Origin: Rhizophagus irregularis
Lineage: Eukaryota
Reading direction: 5' to 3'
DNA length: 64,000 bases
Assembly: GCF_026210795.1 (NCBI RefSeq)
Contig: NC_089430.1
Span: 4,464,001 to 4,528,000, forward strand
Shown here: in pieces, positions 55,256 through 64,000 of the stretch
Position numbering within the stretch: position 1 is the first letter of the stretch
Layout of the letters: every line of letters begins with the position of its first letter
Notes under the pieces: generated by a model
Database searches by the model: none
What the model saw: the letters and a program-made list of their open reading frames with translations, nothing else
What the model was told of the DNA's origin: nothing
Position numbers and translations under genes: made by a program

Positions 55256-56072
55256 CTCATTTTTTATCATCTAATGAATTAAAAATTTCACCAAGACATT
55301 TACATTGACTTCTAATTCTAACAAATTCATCGATCAAGGTCATTCCTATTATTATTTATGTCATCAATATCCTTTTGAATATATCTTTTACCAAGGATTT
55401 TCCAATTTCTTAATTCTTTATACGCTGATTGTAATTGTTCAAGTATACTCATGTTTTCCTATAGAATTTTGTAATTTTGATCTAGTCGAACACGCATTAT
55501 ACATAACTGCTGTCGTCGTTGCTCCTGACGCATATATTGCTGTTTTTCCGATCCATTTCTATTTAGAAAAATTTTTTAAGTGACTAAATTTAATTGTTAT
55601 TTCCGAAACTCTTTTTATTATACATATATCCACCTATAAAAAACGCAGTAATTCCGATTGTACTATTAAATTGAACGCAGTAAAAATTTTTTTTTTAAAA
55701 AAAAAAAAATAATTAATAAAATGAAAGTAAAAAATTGAAAGTTGGAATCATAATAAATTCTCTAGACTTACATAACAGCGGCATATAATTTACATGATAA
55801 ATCTTGCTTTTGATCTTCTAATTTTTCTAATTCTTTATTACATTCATTATTAATAGTAAGCATAACAATTCTCATTAAATCTTCCGCAGCTATAACAAAT
55901 TGTTCGAGCCATCCTATTAGAAAAAATAATTTTTTTTTTGTTTTTTTATGATCAAGTTGCAAAAAAAAAAATTAAAAAAAATTAATAAAAACTTATGTTG
56001 AAGTCTTTCATATTTTTCCTCATCAATTACATCATATAAAATGATCAATAAATCCATTAGAGTTTTATCCAT
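55256..56072 (-). pseudogene. Degenerate copy of the coiled-coil/hydrophobic-hairpin gene (unit 1)
   Basis: Aligns with 59142-60055 but has lost the exon-3 donor region and has indels in the last exon. Confidence 0.7.
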
Positions 56073-56636
56073 GATTGATAAATAATTCGTAAACTCGCCG
56101 CCGGAGTTGGTATAAGTTTCGGCGTATTTGACGTATTTAAATAAAAATCTAGTAAAATTATTATTTAATTGTACAATTTAAATCAGTTGGTGCTTTAGAA
56201 GAGCGTTATATATCAGAAGAAAAGGCTTTAATACGAACATTGTTGAAAAGCAGCTGCATCAGTATTTTGATAGATTTTTCTAAAACTGACTATCTGATGC
56301 TAATCCAGCAGTAATTCAGCTTCATTAATTTTAAAAAAAGGATTATTATTTATTACGGCTTTATAAAATCTCATTTTTTTTTATTTTCCGAATGTTAAAT
56401 ACGTCAAGTACATTTAGTACACTAAATTTTTTAATATTATAAATCCAATGTAAAATTTCATACAAACCAAAAACAAATACAAAAATTCATATTTAATTTG
56501 TAATATATAAAATAAATAAACGTAACATTATAATCATGCTTAAATATATAAAATATATAATAAGATATGTTAAGTACCTATAATAAAAGGTTACTATCAT
56601 AAATAAGCTACTATTCTACTAATTTACTACAATTTC

Positions 56637-58212
56637 TTATTCTATCATTTCTTCACCATTTTTTGTTTCATCTGCAATACGAAAAAAATATTTATTTATT
56701 ACTATATATAATAAAATAAAATAAAAATAAATTATCATTATACATACTTGCATCACTAATTTTTAATTGAGAAATATTAATTTGCAGAGATTCTATTTGA
56801 TGAAATAAAATATGTTAGTATTTTTATAATTAATTTAGTTAATTTAGATATTCGCAAATTATTATTTACCTGAAAATTTTTCACTAATTATATTATCATT
56901 TCGTTCATCATAATAATCATCAGTATTTTTTGGTTCGGGAAGATTATTAAAATTAAGTAATCTACTTGTATAAACAGCTTCAGAATGTGTTTCATATGTT
57001 AATCCTAAATTAGTTGAAGGTATGCTGCTAGTCGGTAAACTATTATTGTTGTCAACTGCTTCTTTAATTTGTTTTTGTAGTTCTGTTTGATCTTTAAACT
57101 TATAATACCATTGATCCAAAATTTCATCAATTTCATTTGCTGTTGGGCGGTCTAATGGATTTGCATCTAAACATCTTTTAATTAAATGTATAATTAATTG
57201 GGGTACTTTAATATTAAACCTTGGTCTAAGTCCTTGACAAATTTTTATTGATAAATTTATATCATGGCTTACATCATGATATGGAGGTAATCCAGAAATT
57301 ACTTCATACATAATTATACCAAAACTATAAATATCAGAAGCTTTAGTATAATTTTGTCCTCTTAAAATTTCAGGGGCAATATAAGGTAAAACACCATATA
57401 TTTTATTTTTTGCACTTTCTGATTCCCTTATAATCTGCAGGTTTACATAACCCCATATCAGTTATAATAGTCTCTGAATCATTCATTAATACATTGCCAA
57501 TATGTAAATCTCTATGAGTCAGTTCGTTTTCGTGAATTGTCACAAGTCCTTCTGCAATATAATATAAATATCTAAGCTTATACTCCCAATTTAATCCACT
57601 GTAACTTTTATTTAAGTAATTTCGTAAACTTCCATCTTCTGCATATTCCAAAACCATCATATAATTTTTTGTCTCTGGATCTTGAGTTATTCCAAAAGCT
57701 ATGATAACATACCCTGTAGTAGCGCCAATTTTATTGTGTAATTTAATCTAAATATACATTTTTTTTAAAAGCACATTAGTAAAAATTACATCTAAAGATT
57801 TCACTAAATAATAAATAATTTATACCTCATTGATAAATTCTAGTGTAACATTTTCTGAATTATTTAAACTTTTCAGTGCTACAAATATATTTAAATTATT
57901 TCGTCTCCAATTTTGATTTTCATTATCCCATTTTTTAATATATCCATCAATCCATTTTGCTCTATACACTTTTCCAAAACCGCCTTTTGCAATATATTCA
58001 ATATCATAAAATTTATTGTAAGGTATCCACTCTAATACTTCAAAATTTTTAATTGCTGATAATTGAGTATCTTGAATAAATTTGTCAATATCATTATTAC
58101 CGCTAGTCCAATTTTTAAAATTTTGTTGAAACCATTTTGCATTACATGCTTTACACCAATGAACATCAGTATTTTCTTGATTACATTCCTCACAAATTCC
58201 AAACTGACTCAT
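56637..58212 (-). pseudogene. TKL kinase (unit 2) with a single +1 frameshift at ~57426 (pseudogene or sequencing error)
   Basis: GATTCCCTTATAATC versus GATTCTTTATAATC in paralogues; otherwise complete motifs and exons. Confidence 0.8.
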
Positions 58213-59141
58213 GGTTTGATAAATTATTCAAAAAAAAGAAAATAATAATAGACTTTATAATAACAAGATAACGGAATAAGTCAAAATATCGGAAAGAAAA
58301 TTATTTAAATATGGAAAAAGCTTCATTTTATGCATCCAGATTCTGAATTCCAATATTCGTGTAACAAAACAAATGCTGTACGATTACTGCGTCGAAAATA
58401 TCAAAAAGAAAATAATTTTTGTTCTAAAATTAAAATGGTATAGTTTAAGTGGAAGCATATAACGTAAGTTATAATGAAAAATGAAATTTTATAGAATCGT
58501 GTATAATCCAAAATATTAAAATTTTTGAATCTTATTTATACATTTATTAAAAGGAAATTTGAAAACTTGGCGTATAATGTTCAAAAGCGGTTAAATTTTT
58601 TTACGAAGAGATACTTTGGCTATTTAACGTCGAGAAGATTCAGATATCATGGATATACGTAACATGTTGTCCAACTTATTCTTATTAACGAGATGAGATT
58701 TTTACCGAAACGAAACAGAAAAAAAAAACAAATGAGAATATAATGAGAATATAATATAATTTATCTTATCATTCCTATTCTACACCAAGTTCTTAAGTAT
58801 TTTTGCACTGTTAAAAAATTAAAACCTCATGAAAAGTTGAAATTATCTTTAGAATTTTACGATGTCTCTTAAAATTAATTTTTAATAACGCTTCATTATC
58901 AATCATCATTCCACGCCATCCTTTGCGTTAATTTATATAAAATAAATATTTTATTATTTATACAACATACAACCCGATATATATTGTTTACTTATATTAA
59001 TTAATTATACATATACTTACATATCCGATATATAAAATAAAAAAAAAAAATCGGGTTACGACTTGTTACGTATAACTACTATTTTTTCTTTTCTTCTGAG
59101 TTCGTATTTTTAGTATACAATTTCAACTTTTACCGGCTTCC

Positions 59142-60055
59142 TCATTTTTTATCATCATCTAATGAATTAAAAATTTCACCAAGACATTTACATTGACTTC
59201 TAATTCTAACAAATTCATCAATCAAGGTCATCCTATTATTATTCATGTCATCAATATCCTTTTGAATATATCTTTTACCAAGAATTTTCCAATTTCTTAA
59301 TTCTTTATACGCTGATTGTAATTGTTCAAGTATACTCGTATGTTTTTTTATAGAATTTTGTAATTTTGATCTAGTCGAACACGCATTATACATAACTGCT
59401 GTCGTTGTTGCTCCTGTAGCATATATTGCTGCTTTTCCGATCCATTTCTATTTAGAAAATTTTTTTTTAGGTCATTAAATTTAATTAAATTTAATTAAAT
59501 TTTTATATAAAAAGAAAATGAACAATAAAATGTAAATAGTTCACCTCATATTTTTCGTAATCTTTACTTCCGAAACTCTTTTTATTATACATATATCCAC
59601 CTATAACAAACGCAGTAATTCCGATTGTACTATTAAATTGAACGCAGTAAATTTTTTTTTTAAAAAAAAAAATAATTAATAAAATGAAAGATAAAAAATG
59701 TAAAAAATTGAAAAATATATATATTTGGAATCATAATAAATTCTCTAGACTTACATAGCAGCGGCATATAATTTACATGATAAATCTTGCTTTTGATCTT
59801 CTAATTTTTCTAATTCTTTATTACATTCATTATTAATAAGCATAACAATTCTCATTAAATCTTCCGCAGCTATAACAAATTGTTCGAGTCGTCCTATCAG
59901 GAAAAAAAAAAAAATTTTTTTTATTTATGATCAAGTTGCAAAAAAAAAATTTATTTAAAAAAATGAATAAAAAACTTACGTTGAAGTCTTTCATATTTTT
60001 CTTCATCAATCACATCATATAAAATGATCAATAAATCCATTAGAGTTTTATCCAT
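59142..60055 (-). CDS. Uncharacterised ~200 aa protein: coiled coil, two hydrophobic segments, coiled coil (4 exons; start codon uncertain)
   Basis: GT-AG splicing gives an open frame MDKTLMD...RLQ/RRLEQF...KLYAAA/ITIGITAFVIGGYMY...EKYE/KWIGKAAIYATGATTTAVMY...DDDKK*. Present in all three units. Confidence 0.7.
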
Positions 60056-60646
60056 GATTGATAAATAATTCGTAAACTCGCCGCCGGAGTTGGTATAAGT
60101 TTCAGCGTATTTAACGTATTTAAATAAAAATATCGCAAAATTATTATTTGAATAAATCAATCATATTTTAATTGTTCAACTTAAACCAGTTGGTGCTTTT
60201 GAAGAACGTTATATAACAGAAGAAAAGGCTTTACTGATACGAAAATTGTTGAAAAGCAGCTCATCAGTATTTTGATAGATTTTTCTAAAAGTAACCGACT
60301 GTATCTGATGCTAATCCAGCTAGCAGTAATCCAGCTTCATTAAACTAATTTTAAAAAAAGGATTATTATTTATTACGTCTTTATAAAATCTCATTTTTTT
60401 TTATTTTCCGAATGTTAAATACGTCAAGTACATTTAGTACACTAATTTTTTAATATTATAAATCCAATGCAAAATTTCATACAAACCAAAAAAAAATACA
60501 AGAATTCATATTTAATTTGTAACATATAAAATAAAAAAACGTAACATTATAATCATGCTTAAATATACAAAATATAAGATAAGATATGTTTAATACCTAT
60601 AATAGAAGGTTACTGTCATAGATAAGCTACTATTTACCATAATTTC

Positions 60647-62208
60647 TTATTCTACCATTTCTTCAACACTTTTTGTTTCATCTGTAATACGAAAAAAACA
60701 TTTATTTATTATATATAATAAAATAAAAAAAATTAAAATTATCATTATAATACCTGCATCACTAATTTTCAATTGTGAAATATCAATTTGTAGAGATTCT
60801 ATTTGATGAAATAAAATATGTTAGTGCTTTACAATTAATTTAGTTATTCGCAAATTATTATTTACCTGAAAATTTTTCACTAATTATATTATCATTTCGA
60901 TCATCATAATAATCATCAGAATTTTTTGGTTCGGGAAGATTATTAAAATTAAGTAATCTACTTGTATAAACAGCTTCAGAATGTGTTTCATATGTTAATC
61001 CTAAACTAGTTGAAGGTATGCTGTTAGTTGGTAAACTATTATTGATTTCTTCTGCTTCTTTAATTTGTTTTTTTAATTCGAATGGAATACGATAATTACT
61101 ACTCCATTCACATAACATTTCTTTAATTTCATTTGCTGTTGGTCGATTTAATGGACTTGCATCTAAACATCTTTTAATTAAATGTACAATTAATTGAGGT
61201 ACTTTAATATTAAACCTTGGCCTAAGTCCTTGACAAATTTTTATTGATAAATTTATATCATGGCTTACATCATGATATGGAGGTAATCCAGAAATTACTT
61301 CATACATAATTATACCAAAACTATAAATATCAGAAGCCTTAGTATAATTTTGTCCTCTTAAAATTTCAGGTGCAATATAAGGTAACACACCATATATTTT
61401 AGTATTTTTAGCACTTTCTGATTCTTTATAATCTGCAGGTTTACATAACCCCATATCAGTTATAATAGTCTCTGAATCATTCATTAATACATTGCCAATA
61501 TGTAAATCTCTATGAGTCAGTTCGTTGTCATGAATGTTCCCAAGTCCACATGCAGTATTAGATAAATATTCAAGCTTATCCTTCCAATTTAATCTACTGT
61601 AACTTTTATTTAAGTAATTTCGTAAACTTCCATTTTCTGCATATTCCAAAACCATCATATAATTTTTTGTTTCTGGATCTTGAGTTATTCCATAAGCTAT
61701 AACAACATTCTCTGTATAAGCGCCAAGTTTACTGTGTAATTTAATCTAAATTACATTTTTTTTAAAAGCACATTAGTAAAATTACATCTAAAAATTTCAT
61801 TAAGTAATAAATAATTTATACCTCATTGATAAATTCTAGTGTGACATTTTCTGAATTATTTAAACTTTTCAGTGCTACAAACATATTTGAATTATTTCGT
61901 TTCCAATTTTGATTTTCATTATCCCATTTATCAATATATCCATCAATCCATTTTGCACTATACACTTTTCCAAAACCGCCTTTCGCAATATATTCAATAT
62001 CATGAAATTTATTGTAAGGTATCCACTCTAATACTTCCAACCAAAGAGTTGCTGATAATTGAGTGTCTTGAATAAATTTGTCAATATCATTATTACCGCT
62101 AGTCCAATTTTTAAAATTTTGTTGAAACCGTTTTGCATTACATTCTTTACACCAATCAAATCTAGTATTTTCTTGTTTACATTCCTCACAATTTCCGTCC
62201 AAACTCAT
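60647..62208 (-). CDS. TKL-family protein kinase (unit 3, apparently intact, 4 exons)
   Basis: Motifs AKGGFGKVY, VALK, HRDLHIGN, DMG, YIAPE, DIYSFG; terminal exons ESLQIDISQLKISDA and DETKSVEEMVE*. Confidence 0.88.
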
Positions 62209-63140
62209 GGTTTGATAAATTATTCAAAAAAAAACAATAATAATAGACTTTATAATAACAAGATAACGGAATAAGTCAAAAATATCGAAAAGAAAATTAT
62301 TTAAATATGGAAAAAGCTTCATTTTATGCATCCAGAATTCGGATTCCATTATTCGTGTAACAAAACAAATGCTGTACGATTACTGCGTCGGAATATCAAA
62401 AAGAAAATAAATTTTGTTCTAAAATTAAAATGGTATAGTCTAAAGTGGAAGCATATAACGTAAGTTATAATGAAAAAATGAAATTTATTTATAGAATCGT
62501 GTATAATCCAAAATATTAAAATTTTTGAATCTTATTTATACATTTATTAAAGGAAAATTTGAAAACTTGGCGTATTAATGTTCAAAAGCGGTTAAATTGT
62601 TTGTTACAAAGAGATACTTTAGCTAGTATTTAACGTCAAGTAGCACATATTCAGATATCATGGATATATGTAACATGTTGCCCAACTTACTCTTTTGGCG
62701 AAAGATTTTTGCCGAAACGGAACGGAAAAAAAAAATGAGAATATAATGAGAATATAATTTAATTTATCCTATCATTCCTATTCTACACCATGTTTTTAAG
62801 TATTTTTGCACTGTTAAAAAATTAAAACCTCATGAAAAGTTGAAATTATCTTTAGAATTTTACGATGTCTCTTAAAATTAATTTTTAATAACGCTTCATT
62901 ATCAATCATCATTCCACGCCATCCTTTGCGTTAATTTATATAAAATGAATATTTTATTATTTATACAACATACAATCCGATATATATTGTTTACTTATAT
63001 TAATTATACATACACTTACATATCCGATATATAAAATAAAAAAAAAAATCGTGTTAAGACTTGTTACGTATAGCTACTATTTTTTTCTTTTCTTTTGAGT
63101 TCGTATTTTTAATATACAATTTCAACTTTTACCGACTTCC

Positions 63141-64000
63141 TCATTTTTTATCATCATCTAATGAATTAAAAATTTCACCAAGACATTTACATTGACTTCT
63201 AATTCTAACAAATTCATCAATCAAGGTCATCCTATTATTATTCATGTCATCAATATCTTTTTGAATATATCTTTTACCAAGAATTTTCCAATTTCTTAAT
63301 TCTTTATACGCTGATTGTAATTGTTCAAGTATACTCGTATGTTTTTCTATAGAATTTTGTAATTTTGATCTAGTCGAACACGCATTATACATAACTGCTG
63401 TCGTTGTTGCTCCTGTAGCATATATTGCTGCTTTTCCGATCCATTTCTATTTAGAAAATTTTTTTTTAGGTCATTAAATTTAATTAAATTTAATTAAATT
63501 TTTATATAAAAAGAAAATGAACAATAAAATATAAATAGGTCACCTCATATTTTTCGTAATCTTTACTTCCGAAACTCTTTTTATTATACATATATCCACC
63601 TATAACAAACGCAGTAATTCCGATTGTACTATTAAATTGAACGCAGTAAAATTTTTTTTTTTTTAAAAAAAAAATTATTAATAAAATGAAAGATAAAAAA
63701 TGTAAAAAAATTGAAAAATATATATATTTGGAATCATAATAAATTCTCTAGACTTACATAGCAGCGGCATATAATTTACATGATAAATCTTGCTTTTGAT
63801 CTTCTAATTTTTCTAATTCTTTATTACATTCATTATTAATAAGCATAACAATTCTCATTAAATCTTCCGCAGCTATAACAAATTGTTCGAGTCGTCCTAT
63901 CAGGAAAAAAAAAATTTTTTTTATTTATGATCAAGTTGCAAAAAAAAAAATTTATTTAAAAAAATGAATAAAAAACTTACGTTGAAGTCTTTCATATTTT
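63141..64000 (-). CDS. Third copy of the coiled-coil/hydrophobic-hairpin gene, 5' end beyond the window
   Basis: Near-identical to 59142-60000; the 83 aa terminal ORF differs by one residue. Confidence 0.7.

Larger units (their letters stand above)
56600..64000. repeat. ~4.0 kb tandem segmental duplication (kinase plus partner gene); a further copy spans ~44530-56600 including the 8.1 kb insertion
   Basis: Offsets 58212 to 62208 = 3996 and 59393 to 63392 = 3999; intergenic DNA also aligns. Confidence 0.92.

Overview
Very AT-rich, intron-containing eukaryotic DNA whose gene families point to an arbuscular mycorrhizal fungus (Glomeromycotina, Rhizophagus-like); this is inferred, not proven. 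Genes: six tyrosine-kinase-like (TKL) kinase genes or pseudogenes, five of them in two tandem arrays; an intact secreted laccase-type multicopper oxidase; a membrane-anchored multicopper-oxidase homologue lacking half its copper ligands; an inverted ~3 kb duplication of a PD-(D/E)xK-nuclease-like gene; and an unnamed ~200 aa coiled-coil protein with a hydrophobic hairpin that is duplicated together with the kinase in a ~4.0 kb unit. Mobile DNA: an apparently intact 2.2 kb tyrosine-recombinase (Crypton-type) element inserted in a kinase exon, with no target duplication, short inverted arms and a 145 bp terminal hairpin; an 8.1 kb four-level nest of transposons (hAT > MULE > Zator-like > hAT and pogo-like); and several MITEs with visible TIRs and TSDs. 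Gene models were spliced by eye from GT/AG sites and paralogue comparison; no database search was run.
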